This document shows, piece after piece, positions 24,959 through 37,626 of a stretch of DNA of 64,000 nt; position 1 is the stretch's first letter; every line of letters starts with the position of its first letter. The translations under genes were made by a program, and so were the position numbers. Below the pieces are notes generated by a model. That model saw only the letters and a list, made by a program, of their open reading frames with translations, did not search any database and was not told where the DNA came from. Source of the stretch: Dictyostelium discoideum. Taxonomy: Eukaryota. The stretch is taken from NCBI GenBank assembly GCA_000004695.1, contig CM000152.2:544001-608000 (forward strand), read 5' to 3'.

Positions 24959-26217
24959 TTTGTCATTATTATTATTACTATTATAATTAAATTTTAAAGC
25001 AGTTTGACCAAAAGTATTATCACCAAAAACATAAATATCATTATTGATTGATTGAGCTAATGTATGTTTAAAACCTGAAGTAATTTTTTTAATATTTGAT
25101 AATGATTGAATTTTCTTTGGTGAATAATGATTCTCATTTGTACCATGACCTAAAGAACCACCATCATTCCAACCCCAAGAATAAACGGAACCATCGGTGG
25201 TGATATAGAATGAATTTGCATGATCACCAGCGAAAATCGATTTAATTTTATTACCAGCAGCATTATCTCCAGTGGATTTAATTCTTTTTGGTATGTAATG
25301 ATTCAAAGTGTCATTCTCGCCATGACCTAATTGACCGAATTCGCCGTATCCAAAAGTGTAGATTTCATTATCATTGGTCAAAAACATTGAATGATAACCT
25401 CCACATGCTATATCCACTATTCTGCTCTCATTATTATTAAGTGTGAACGTTGTTATCTTTTTTGGTGTATAAATATTCTCTTTATCATTCGATCCTACAC
25501 CATGACCCAATGCACCAAAATAACCATTGCCCCAACTATACAATGAACCATCATTACCCAACAATAAATTATGGTCACTACCTGAACAAATCTTTTTAAA
25601 ATCTTTAAATATTGGATCGGTCTCTTTTAAAACTTTAATTGGTTTTGAGTAATATTCATCCTCTGATGGTGACGATGGTGATGATGATTTATCCTTTACC
25701 CTCTCTCTACCACCTAATTGATTCTTATGATTTCTACCCCATCCATAGATACCATCATCTTTAGTTACAACTAAACTATGTTCATATCCACTAACTATTG
25801 ATATAATATTATCATTGAATTTTTCAATTTTATATACCTTTTCATTATTATTATTATTATCGTCGTCATCATCAATGCTTCTACCAATACCCAATACTCC
25901 ATATTTTGATTTACCAATTGAATATAATTGATTATCATCTTTAGTTTGTAATATGATAAAATTACCACCTAAAGAAACATTACTAATCTTTTTATCGTTA
26001 TTAATTTTAATTTTGTTTGGTACTTCTGTGACTAAATTCGAATATAAACCCCAATGATAAAATTCATCGTTTTCATTGATTATACCTGAATGATAGGCAT
26101 TTGCAAATATATCCTTTGCCTTCAACCCATTCAATTTTATTGGTAACTCAGTTTCACTTATAAATTCAAATTCTTCTGTACCATCATCAAAATAAACTAT
26201 TTCATTATCATCTTCGT

Positions 26218-26249
<32 letters not shown>

Positions 26250-26338
26250 GGATCTACTATACAATTTACTTTATGATAAAAGTTAATTATTAAAAACAAT
26301 GTAAATATAAAATAAATAAAATTATTATTGTTTTTCAT
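24794..26338 (-). CDS. RCC1-repeat (7-bladed beta-propeller type) protein with N-terminal signal peptide and poly-Thr/poly-Asn tracts
   Basis: MKNNNNFIYFIFTLFLIINFYHKVNC leader. At least five RCC1-like repeats (YSWGWNDGGSLGHG, YTFGYGEFGQLGHG, YSWGNGYFGALGHG, IYGWGRNHKNQLGG, YSIGKSKYGVLGIG). 514-codon ORF. Confidence 0.65.
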
Positions 26339-26505
26339 TTTTTTTTATTTTTTTATTTTTTATTATTTGTATATATATATATATAGATATTATATATTTT
26401 TATTTATTTATTTTATTATTATTTGTTTTTAATTCATTTGTTTGATTTGTAATTAAAATAACTGAAAAAAAAAAAAAAATTTTAAAAAATTGAAAAAGCT
26501 TCGTC

Positions 26506-26559
<54 letters not shown>

Positions 26560-27284
26560 AAGTTAAGAATGACAAGACAAATCCATCCAGTCAGTTAATT
26601 ATATTTATGACTCAAATTGTACACAATAAAATATAATAAAAAATAAAAAAAAAGAAATACGGTTATTTTATATTAATTATTATTTTTTTTATTAACAAAT
26701 ATATGTAATTGGAATTAAAAAAAAAAAAGAAAAAAAAAAAAATTTAAATTTTAATATTATCCAAATAAAAAAAAGAAATCCACTGTTTGTTGAAATTAAT
26801 TGGGAAAATTTAATATTGGTAAAAAAAATTATAATAAAAATAATAAAATAATAAAAATAACAGATGGATTGGAAAATTTTTTTATTAAAAAAAAATAATA
26901 AAAATAATAAAAATTAAAAAAAAATTAAAAAATAAATAACTATATTTCAAACACAATATTTAAAACTAAATAAAAATATAAAAAAAAAAAAAAAAATAGG
27001 TAAATTATTTTTTTTTTTTTTTTTTTTTTCCATATATCCTAAAAAAACAACAAATAATATTTTTTAATTGGTTTCCAAATGAAAATAATGATGAAATTAC
27101 AAATTTCCTCAAAAATTATACCAAACCAACAACATTAACTAGTGCCACAAATGTTAAAAAATATCCAGGAATAGTTTATTAATAAAAACAATAAATAATA
27201 ATAATAATAATAAAAATAAAAAATACCACTAGGGGCTTTGGAGAAATTGATTATTATTTTATTATTATTTTATTATTATTATTT

Positions 27285-28943
27285 TTAAATTTTTACAGAT
27301 ACTAAATCACTTTCTTGTAATTTTTTATCTTTATTAAAAGTTGAAGGAATATCAATGGTTGACCAAGATTGATGAACTTGTGGTATAATGAAAGGACGTA
27401 ATTTAGCTAAACGAGTACCTTCAGTTGGGAGTTCAGAGATATCATCTATCGATGGCACAACTTCATAGCCAATTAAGACATTCTCTCTTTCTAATCTTGC
27501 TAAAGTTGCATCAATGATTGGTTGTAATTGTTGAGTTGGTTTTTGTAATGATTGCTGAGTCAATGTTATTGAAACGCAAGGTCTAATTAAAAATAGTGTT
27601 TGTTTCAATTGATGTTGTGCTTTCTTACAAGTGGCGATTGATTCACCATATTTGTGAGTTGCATTCTGTTGAAAAGCTTGTTGGTTCCATGCTAACGATT
27701 GATATAATGATACTTTGTATTGTAAGAAATTTACAAACTTTTCCAAACGATTCTCAACCAACTTCTCCTCGGTGAAATGTGAGATCAACATATCCATTGC
27801 CTCTTTATAAATATTTGCTGTATCAACTGCCAATTTAACAATTGGTTGAATTGTATTCTTTTTATATGCACGTCCAATCGTCAACTCTTGTGCTTGTCCA
27901 ATACATTGTAAATATAATGATCTTAATAAAACATCATTAAAATCTGTTGATGATTTATCACTACCTTTTAAAATTTTACCTGCATTATCATCAACAACAT
28001 CATCATCACCACCACCATCTTTTTCATCTTCACCAGATTCTGTTTTTTCTTCCTTTTTATCCTCTTCTTCTTTTTTGGAGGATGATGATAAATTTAATCT
28101 TAATTTACAAAGATAATCAAAAATACCAGCAGATTTTAAAAGAAAATCATAAACTTTTTGACGATCTTCTTCAGGTAAACCATCAGTTGGTGAACAACGA
28201 TTTGAAACGATATATTCTGAATAACCTAAATACCAAATACCAAGATTAAATAAAATACTCATATATTCAACCAATGTATCTGAGGAAGTGATTGATCTAT
28301 CTGAACCAAATACATTTGTCCAACTGAATCTTAAATTCTTTCTAATTGCATCACTACCTTTATTATTATTATTCTTTACTTTTTCATTATTAAATTTCTC
28401 TAATTTATCATCACCCTCTTCAGAGTTATACTCTTCATCATTATCTCTTGGTTGTTCATTTAATTGAAGTTTTTCAAAATTTGATACTGGAGTTGCTGTT
28501 GCTGCTGTTGTTGCTGCTGCTATATTATCAGTAGTAATTGTTGGTTGATATACTTTTGAACCAATTAACCCACCTAATAATGAACAATAAGTTTCAACTG
28601 ATTTTAATAATTCTGCTGTATCAACTATTTTATATTATTATTAATAATAATAAAAAAATTAATATAAAGTAGTTTATTTATTTATTCATATTATTCATTC
28701 ATTCATTTATTTATTTATTAATTTATTCTTACTATTTGTTAAATCTCTTGCTTTGGTTGAAAAGAAGAAATTATCGATATTATCAGAAGCATCACTTATA
28801 TCTTTAGCCAAACTAACAATGAATGGATTTGATGCTTCTTTACATAAATCAACTAATTTGCTTTTATAGTTTAATTTTGATCTCATCTTTAAACGATGAA
28901 TATAAAAGCAATAATTATCGAAAACTGGTAATGTTCCTTCCAT
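27285..28943 (-). CDS. BRO1-domain-containing protein (Alix/BROX-like), 2 exons 28943..28733 and 28615..27285 (513 aa)
   Basis: BRO1 signature LRFSWTNVFGSDRSITSSDTLVEYMSILFNLGIWY (matching F-W-D-F ... E-x-x-x-L-F-N). The 117-bp intron (gtaagaat...ttacag) joins ...DLTN to TELLKSVETYCS... in frame. Confidence 0.6.
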
Positions 28944-29252
28944 CTTTATATTTATATTTATATTTATTTATATTTATATTTATATTTATTTATTTATTAT
29001 TTATATTTATTTATTTATTTGTTTGTTTGTTTTTTTTTGTTTTTTTTTTGTTTAGCTATTTATTTATTTATTTTTTTTTATTTTTTTTTATTTTTTTTTT
29101 ATTTTTTATTTTTTTTTTAATTCCCTAAAATGACCTATTTATTTATTTAAGTAAAATAATATTTTATGTAATAAAAGAGAAAAAAAAAGAAAAATTATAT
29201 AAACCTACAATAAATAACAACAATAATAATACACCATATAAAAAAAAAAAAT

Positions 29253-29283
<31 letters not shown>

Positions 29284-29779
29284 TTAAAACTCATTTTTAT
29301 GCGATACTAAAAAAATTTTATTTAAATAAATTTTAAAAATATTTTTTTTTTTATTTTTATTTTTATTTTATTTTTTATTTTTTCTATTTTTTTTTTTTTT
29401 TTTTTCTTTTTTAAATAAATATCTATTTTTTTTTTCTTTTTTTTTCTGTTTTGTGTTCACTAAAAGATTTAGTTATTAATCAATAAAACGAAATATTGAA
29501 TTTCATTTATTGATTTTGTTGTTGGTTGTTTTTGTTGGAGTTGTTGACACACAAAATTTATTATTTTTTTTTTTTTATTTTTGATTATTTTTTTTATTTT
29601 TGGTTGTGGTGTATATTTGTGAATTTTGAAATCAACTTTGTAATTTGACAAATAAAAAAATAAAATTAATTATTTTGCAATATTTTTACTTTTTTATTTT
29701 TTTTTTTTAAATTTTTTTTTTTTTAAATTAAATTCCATTCTTAAAAAAAAAAAAAAAAAAAAAAACCACACACAAAACA

Positions 29780-32700
29780 ATGGGAAAAGTATTAATACTT
29801 TTTTTATTTGTATTATTATTAATAACTTTTATTAATTGTACTAATAATAAAATATTAAACAATGAAAACTCTTCAAATGAAGATAATGTAATAAATGTAT
29901 TTTTAATTCCACACTCTCACTGTGATTTAGGTAAAGATTAATCTTTTATTATTTAGATTTTTTATTTTTTTTTTTTATTTTTTTTTTTTTTTTTTTAAGA
30001 ATGGAATTTTATTAATTTTAATTAATTTTTAAATAGGATGGGTACAAACACTAGAAGAATATTATTCAGAAAATGTAACAGTAATTTTAGATAATGTTAT
30101 AAATACATTAATTAAAGATTCAAGTAAAAAATTTAATTGGGCAGAGATTTATTATTTTGAAACATGGTGGAATGAACAATCATCATTCCTCCAAGCTCAA
30201 GTTAGGAATTTAGTAAACAATGGACAATTATATTTTGTTGGTGGTGGTTGGGCACAAAATGATGAGGGTGCAACTCACTATCAAGCAGTTATCAATCAAA
30301 TGACATTAGGCCACCAATTTTTGTTATCAGAATTTGGCGTGGTTCCAGAGATTGGCTGGCAGATTGACCCCTTTGGACCATCAACTTTAACAGCCACACT
30401 CTTCTCATTGATGGGGTTCAAATACCATGTTATCAATAGAATAGATGAACGTATTAAATATATATACAATGATACACCCGACATTGTGGGATCGGGTTGG
30501 ATGACGACTGACAGGTCCTTCGAGTTCCAGTGGTATCCATCGCATAATGACCAAGAGCTGTCCATTTTCACACATGTGTTAGACCACCATTATAACTCGC
30601 CCTATTTGATATACCCAAATGCAAGCAACCCAAATCAGTCGTTAACTACCGGGTTCGATTTCGAGTCTGATCCCACACAAAATCCGCCCATCAATCAATC
30701 CAATATCTACGAGAGGGCAGCTGTATTTGTGGAGATCATGCAGCAACGGTCTCAATTGTACAGACATAACAATTTACTCATACCATTTGGCAATGATTTT
30801 AGATTCCAAAATGCGTCGTTGGAATTCGACAATATGGATAAACTGATCACCTACATCAATTCCAACTCGTCGTGGGGTGTCACTATTCAATACGCAACGT
30901 TGAATGAGTATTTTGAAAAGGTAGAATCCATAGAACCACCTGTTGAATACGCCGACATCGTCGGTCAGGACCTATTCGTTTATACAATGTGTTTGGCGTC
31001 GGATTACCAGGCATTCAATACTTGTGCAAATTGGTGGTCTGGCTATTACACCTCTTATCCATTACTAAAACAGACTGCAAGAGATTCTGACTCACTATTG
31101 AGAGTTGGTGAGATGTTGTACTCGTTGAGTTGTTTCTATTCAAATGGCTTCGATTTTGATTTTAATATTGGTTTCTACGCATTAAGCATGCATAGAAATG
31201 TGAGTGGAATACTAACACATCACGATGCTATCACTGGCACTGCCAAGGAGTACGTACGGGTTAACTATTTCCAAATGTTAAACGAAGCACAGTCGTTGAC
31301 TCTAGACTACAACATACCCGATTTCGTTGGATTTTTATTATCAAATAAATCATTAAATATTGATTACCAATCTAACGGTTCCTCTATATTGAATTCGACA
31401 AATCCTGGTGACATCATTGCAATCTCATTCACCAATAGTATAGCTTGGGATAGAATTGAAACCGTCTCTATAGAAATTCCATTTGTTAATATGGCCGTAT
31501 ACGACTACCAATTAAATCCAATTCAATCACAAATTGTACAACGTTTTGATAAATCAAATAATTGGTATCTTTATTTCCAAGTTGCAACACCAGCATTAGG
31601 TATTTCAACCTATTTCATTGTAATACTTTCAACAGATGGTGAAATATTAAATGATAATTCTAAAAATTTACCAACTCCAATTCAATCAATTTTATCAATT
31701 TCAAATGAATTATTATTTAATGATAATGATGATGAAACTACAACAACCACAATTGGTAATTCAAATTTTAATTTAAATTTTAAATTTGATAGAGATAATA
31801 ATAATCTTTTAACATTAAATAGCTATGATGATTTATTTAATAATAAAATTGGAATTCCAATTAGTCAACATTTAATTGAATATACATCATTAAGTGATGA
31901 TGCATATAAATTTAGAGTTCAAGGATTACCAATACCATTAACACCAATTAATCCACAATTTTATTTAACAATTGGTCCAGTTGTACAAATTGTAACTATA
32001 ATTTATAATAATAATTGTTCACAATCTTATTTAATTTATAATGATACAACTTCATTTAATCCATTTGAAACTGATAATGATAATAATAACAATTCAAGAT
32101 TAATTAAAAATGATCAATATTTTGAAATTGATAATATTGTTGCATCAGGATGGGATAAAGAGATATCAATGAAATTTACAACAAATATTAATAATCAAAA
32201 TATATTTTATACAAATAATGGTTTAGAAATTATGAAAAGACAATGGGAAATTCATTGGAATGATACTTTTATTTGGAGTGAAATCACTAGTAACTTTTAT
32301 CCAATGATTAACACTGGTTATATAGTTGATCAACAAGTTAGTGATTATCAACAGCAATTAACCATTTTATCAAAACAAACATTTGGTGCAAGTTCTCAAA
32401 CAAATGGTGAATTTGAAGTATTGTTAATTCGTCGTTCAAATTATACTCAATGGTCAGTACATGAACCAATGAATGATACAAGTAATCCTTCGTTAAGAGT
32501 GTTGTGTATATTTGGTGATCCAAATTTTAGTAATGAAATTCGAACTCCTCATTCAATATTATTTGAAAATCCATTACAACCAGTTTATTCATTAATTCCA
32601 AACTCAATACCAATTGAAAAATATATTGATACTTATAATACACTATTTAAACCATTACAAACTTCATTACCATACAATTTACATCTATTAACTTTTACAA

Positions 32701-32993
32701 AACAATGGATTGATTCACCTTCAATTATAATGAGATTAATTAATATTTATGAAATTGGTCAAAGTATTAATTTTTCAAAATCAATTAATTTTAATATTGG
32801 TAGTGGTGATAATAACAATAACAATAATAATAATAATAATAATGGTTTTTTAACTCATTATAATATTTCTCAAATTATTGAAACTACATTATCTGCAAAT
32901 TCTGAATTATCAAATCCAACAAATAATTTAGTAATTACTCTCGAACCTTTAGAAATTAAAACATTTTTATTAACATTATCACCAAAACAATAA
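29780..32993 (+). CDS. Lysosomal-type alpha-mannosidase, glycosyl hydrolase family 38; 2 exons 29780..29930, 30037..32993 (1035 aa)
   Basis: Signal peptide MGKVLILFLFVLLLITFINC. Motifs VFLIPHSHCDLGW, FVGGGWAQNDEGATHY, GWQIDPFGPS and HDAITGT are hallmarks of GH38. Phase-1 intron has gtaaag donor at 29931 and ag acceptor at 30035-30036. Several GH38 paralogs (manA-like) exist in Dictyostelium, so no symbol is assigned. Confidence 0.85.
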
Positions 32994-33193
32994 AAATTTT
33001 AATAATTATATCTTAAATGTCAAAGAAAAAAAATAATAATTAAATATTAAAATAAATTTACGAAAAAAAAAAAAATTAAAAATATAAATATAAATATAAA
33101 TATTAATAAAAAAAATAAAAAAAACAAGTGGTTCTTGTGTGTATGTGTGTGTGTCTTTACTGTTTTTATCATTTTTTATTTAAATTTTCTTCA

Positions 33194-33244
<51 letters not shown>

Positions 33245-33937
33245 CTCCATTTTTTCTATTTTAATATTAATCACCAATAAAAAATTCTAAAAAAAAAAAA
33301 AAAAAAAATGGAAATTATTGAAATTAGAATTGGAAATAATAATAATGATATTATAATATCAATTATTAAAAAATGGATAAAAGAAAATGAAATTTTTATT
33401 GAAATTAAAAATTTATTATTATCATCATCAATTATATTAAAGAAAATTGATTACTTTAATGAAATTAAAAGATTTTCGTACATTGAGTACCAAATTTATT
33501 TTAATGAAAATAAAATTAAAAACGATAAAAATTGGACATGCAAAGAATTAATACCAAACCACACAAATAATAGAATGATTTTATTTTTTGGTAATGGAAG
33601 GTAATAAGATATTTTTATGATTCTTCTGAAAAAAATAAAATTCTTTGGAAAATGTCATAAAAAAAAAAAATAAATAAAAAAAAAAATAAAAAAATAAAAA
33701 AATCTAAAAAAATAAAAAAACACTTGAAATAAAAAAAAAAAATTAACTGACACTTTTATATATAAATCTAAAATAATCAAAAAATAAAATAATATAAACC
33801 ATATATTTATATATATATATATTTAAATCTATATTAGTAAAAATAAATTAAAAGAAGAATCTTCAACTATTAAATTTATTAATAATAAAAATTATTTAAA
33901 TTCAAATAATTTTAAAAAAGTTAATATAGTTTCAATT

Positions 33938-35437
33938 ATGATTGAAAATGAAAAAATAGTTGGAGAAAATGAACCATTATTATTAAATGAAAATATAAAT
34001 ATATCAACAACAACAATAACAACTAGGAATAATAATGAAAATTTAAATAATAATAATAATTCAAAATTATCATTTTTTTTAATATTTAATGTTTCATTTT
34101 CAGTATTAAGTACATTACAATTTGGATATAATACAGGTGTTATATCACCAACTATTTTAGATATACAAACTATATTTGGATTAAATGTTAATGAAAAATC
34201 AATGTTAGTTAGTAGTGTATTATTTGGAGCAATGTTGGGATCATTTTTATCAGGATTCTTTGTTGATATTTTTGGTAGAAAAAAGACACTACTTGGAAAT
34301 AATTTATTTTATTTACTTGGACCATTGTTATGCTCAGTTGGAAAAAACTATGCAACTCTATTGATTGGTAGATTAATAACGGGTGTTGGCGTTGGTATTG
34401 CGTCATCGGTTGTGCCATTATATATTACAGAGATATCACCACCATCATTTAGAGGTTCATTAGGATTACTTAGACAAAGTACAGTGACATTGGGTATTAT
34501 GTTATCGTCATTGTTTGCCTATGGTTTATTAGTTTATTCAAATGGTTGGAGATACACATTCGCAATTGCGTCGATTCCATCACTATTTCAATTCATACTT
34601 GGTTATTGGTTTGTTGAGTCACCAAGATGGCTAGTTTCAAAGAATAGAGAGGATGAAGCTAAACAAATAATGAAAAAGATTGAACCACACGTTAGTGAAG
34701 ATTTAATAGATTTACAAATCACTAGAATTCGGTCAAGTGTTTTAGAACAAAAAGGAAATGACAACTGGTTACAGTTATTCCAATATCAGTATTTAAAAAT
34801 CTATATCATTGGTTTCGGGTTAAATATGCTTCAACAATTTGTTGGTATCAATTGTGTTATCTACTATAGTGGTATAATATTGGAGGATGCAGGGTTCGCC
34901 AAGAATGCTGCCGTGTTAATTGGTGCATTGGTTGGTATACCACAATTGGTGATGTTGTTGATATCAGTTTGGTTAATTGATAGATTCGGTAGAAAACCAT
35001 TACTACTTGTTGGTTGCATTGGTATGATCATTGGTTTGGCCGTATTGGGTTACCCATTCTATGATAACTCAAATCCAACTGGTAAAATTGATAATACTAA
35101 AAAAGGTTGGATCGCTGTTGCTGGTATGATTTTCTTTAAACTTATGTTTTCAATGGGTCTTGGTCCAATACCTGCTTTAATCGGGTCAGAGATTTTCCCT
35201 TCAAAAATTCGTGGTAAAGCAATGGCAATCTCTCAACTCTTAAATTGGGCTGCAAATTGTATTGTCAATTCAATGTATTTACATATGGTAAATTCAAAAC
35301 TTGGTCAAGCTGGTACTTTCTGGTTCTTTGGTGGTATTTCTATCATTACATTTTTCTTTGTTTTAATATTAGTACCTGAAACTAAAAATGTGCAAATTGA
35401 AGAACTTTCAAAAAGATTACTTTTAAAAAATAAATAA
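33938..35437 (+). CDS. MFS sugar (hexose/GLUT-like) transporter, 499 aa
   Basis: 12 predicted TM segments. Sugar-porter motifs GRKKTLL, VESPRWL, GxxxGPIPALIGSEIFPSKIRG and VPETKN. Single ORF. Confidence 0.8.
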   Translation: MIENEKIVGENEPLLLNENINISTTTITTRNNNENLNNNNNSKLSFFLIFNVSFSVLSTLQFGYNTGVISPTILDIQTIFGLNVNEKSMLVSSVLFGAMLGSFLSGFFVDIFGRKKTLLGNNLFYLLGPLLCSVGKNYATLLIGRLITGVGVGIASSVVPLYITEISPPSFRGSLGLLRQSTVTLGIMLSSLFAYGLLVYSNGWRYTFAIASIPSLFQFILGYWFVESPRWLVSKNREDEAKQIMKKIEPHVSEDLIDLQITRIRSSVLEQKGNDNWLQLFQYQYLKIYIIGFGLNMLQQFVGINCVIYYSGIILEDAGFAKNAAVLIGALVGIPQLVMLLISVWLIDRFGRKPLLLVGCIGMIIGLAVLGYPFYDNSNPTGKIDNTKKGWIAVAGMIFFKLMFSMGLGPIPALIGSEIFPSKIRGKAMAISQLLNWAANCIVNSMYLHMVNSKLGQAGTFWFFGGISIITFFFVLILVPETKNVQIEELSKRLLLKNK

Positions 35438-35705
35438 AATTTTATTTAGAAATAAAATAAAATAATATAAAATAAAAGATATAAAATATTTGTGTAATTA
35501 AAAAAAAAAAAAAAAAATAATTATGGAAATGATTAGAAAAAAAAATTTTTAGTCACAGTAATTAATTTTAAAAAAAATACAAATAATAATAATAAAAAAA
35601 AAAAGATTTATATAAATAGAATAAAAGTTTTTTTTTTTATTATTATTTTTTTTTTTTTTATTTATTTTTATTTTTGGATTTTAAAAAAAATTATTAATAA
35701 AATCT

Positions 35706-36766
35706 TTAAGAATTTGTTGAAAATTTGAATGAACATTTAACACAATCATAAAAAATTGTTTGACCTTCATCTGCTGATCTAGTTTGTGCTGTTTTGAAAT
35801 ACATTTTACCATGACCACATTCTGGGCATTTTTCATCAATCTTTAAAATATTATTATTTTTATTATTATTAGTATTAAATTAATAGAAAAAAATTTATTA
35901 AGAAAATTTATTTTTAAAAAACTTACAATTGCACCACGATCTTCTTCATTATCTTCTTCTTTATTTTTAATTGATTTATTAAAGAGAGAACTTTTAGTAA
36001 CAATTTTTTTATTGAGTAAATCAGCTTTACTCTTTGAGAAAGTACATAATGAACAAGTGATATGTTGTGAAAAATTCTTTGGATAATTTAAAAATGCATT
36101 GCATTGTGGACAAAAATCAGCTTTGATATTTGAAACGTATAATGATGACCATGGTGATTTTGAATCATCTGGTGATGGTTCTTTTTTAAATTTAGATTCC
36201 ATCTTTTGACTTTTTAATAATTGTTGGTGTTGTTGTTTTTGAATTGGTGTCATAATAGTTTTACTTGATTTAATTGGTGTTTTTGAATCTTCCTCTTCTT
36301 CTTCATTATCTGATTCCTCTTGTTCTTGTTTTTTTGATTTCTTTTTACTATCACCACTATCTTTATCTTTATTTTTTCTTTTTTTATCTTTTTTATTACT
36401 ATTATCCTCTTCTTCTTCTTCTTCTTGTTTTATTTCTTGTTCTTCTTCTTGTTCTTCTTCTTCATCATCAGAATCTTTTGATTTTTTAGATTTTTTAGAT
36501 TTCTTTTTTTCTTTCTTTTCTTTCTTTTTTTTCTTTTTATCTGATTCTTCATCTTGTTCATCTTCTACATTTTCTTCATCTTCTTCTTGGTCATCATTAT
36601 CATTATCTTTTTTACTCTTTTTAGATTTCTTTTCTTTTTTATCTTTCTTTTTTTTATCTTTTTTTGAATGGTTTGTTTCTTCTTCACTTTCAATTTTATC
36701 CTCTTTCAATTCAAAATCTTCTTTCTCTTCTTTTTTCTCTTTTTTAACTTTAATTTCTTTTGCCAT
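35706..36766 (-). CDS. rpa12: RNA polymerase I subunit RPA12 (ZNRD1) homolog; 2 exons 36766 (or internal ATG 36202)..35927 and 35840..35706. The long ORF adds a ~190-aa K/E/D-rich N-terminal extension of uncertain reality.
   Basis: C-terminal exon [44 protein letters not shown] nearly matches human ZNRD1 [39 protein letters not shown]. N-terminal C4 ribbon CPQCNAFL-x17-CSLC. GTAAGT donor after ...RGAI and ag acceptor before IDEK (86-bp intron). Confidence 0.75.
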
Positions 36767-37544
36767 TTTTAAAATTTAATAAAATTTCGATTTTGCCCAT
36801 CCATAACCAAAATATTAAAAAAAAAAAATTATTAAATTTGGCCGAATGAAAAAAAAAAATTTTTTTCGTTTTTTCATTTTTTTTTTTTTTTAATTTTTTT
36901 TTTTTTATTTTTATTTTTTTTTTTATTTTTATTTTTGTATTCATTTATTTATTTTTTTTTTTTTTTTGTTGGGCTATATTTAAAATGGAAATTAAATGAA
37001 AAAAATAAAATAAAATGATTTCTTAAAAAGATTTCATTTTTTTCGGATTTTAAATTAAAAAATTAATATAGTGTAAAAACTATGATTATGGAAAAGTTTA
37101 ATTAATTTTTATTTTATTTTTTTTAAATCTATTTTTATTTTTAATTTTATTTTTAATTTTATATTTCAATACTTTCTGATCTATATGGATTATCATAAAC
37201 ATATAAAAAACAAGTAAATAATAAACGTTTTATTAAAAAATATATTTATTAATAAATTAAATTTATTTTAAAATAAATCTTTTTTTTTGTGTGTGTTTAA
37301 ATTTTATTTCTTTATTATAAAATTTACCACAAAACACATATTTATTTTAAAAAAAAAAAAAAAAAATTAAAATTTTAAAAAATTGACACCCTTTTCAATT
37401 ATTTATCAATCTCTTTACATTGCCCATACATTATTTATTATTATTTTTTTTTTTTGTTTTTTTTTGTTTTTTTTTTTTTTTTCCCAACCCCCATTACGAT
37501 AATCGCCCACGAATTTAATTTAAGTTTCGGTTCCATCCATTTTT

Positions 37545-37582
<38 letters not shown>

Positions 37583-37626
37583 CTTTATTCCTTAATTTCT
37601 ATCAACCACATTAAATAATAATATTA

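Noticed and set aside
33308-33604. 98-aa ORF MEIIEIRIGNNNNDIIISIIKKWIKENE... ending ...GNGR followed by gtaata
   Set aside because: Isolated, Ile/Asn/Lys-biased and without recognisable motifs or a clear downstream exon; could be a small gene or 5' exon, but I cannot support it.
36274-36489. 71-aa plus-strand ORF and 36750..36944 minus-strand ORF
   Set aside because: Antisense to or contiguous with the K/E-rich low-complexity region of the RPA12 locus; homopolymer-driven.
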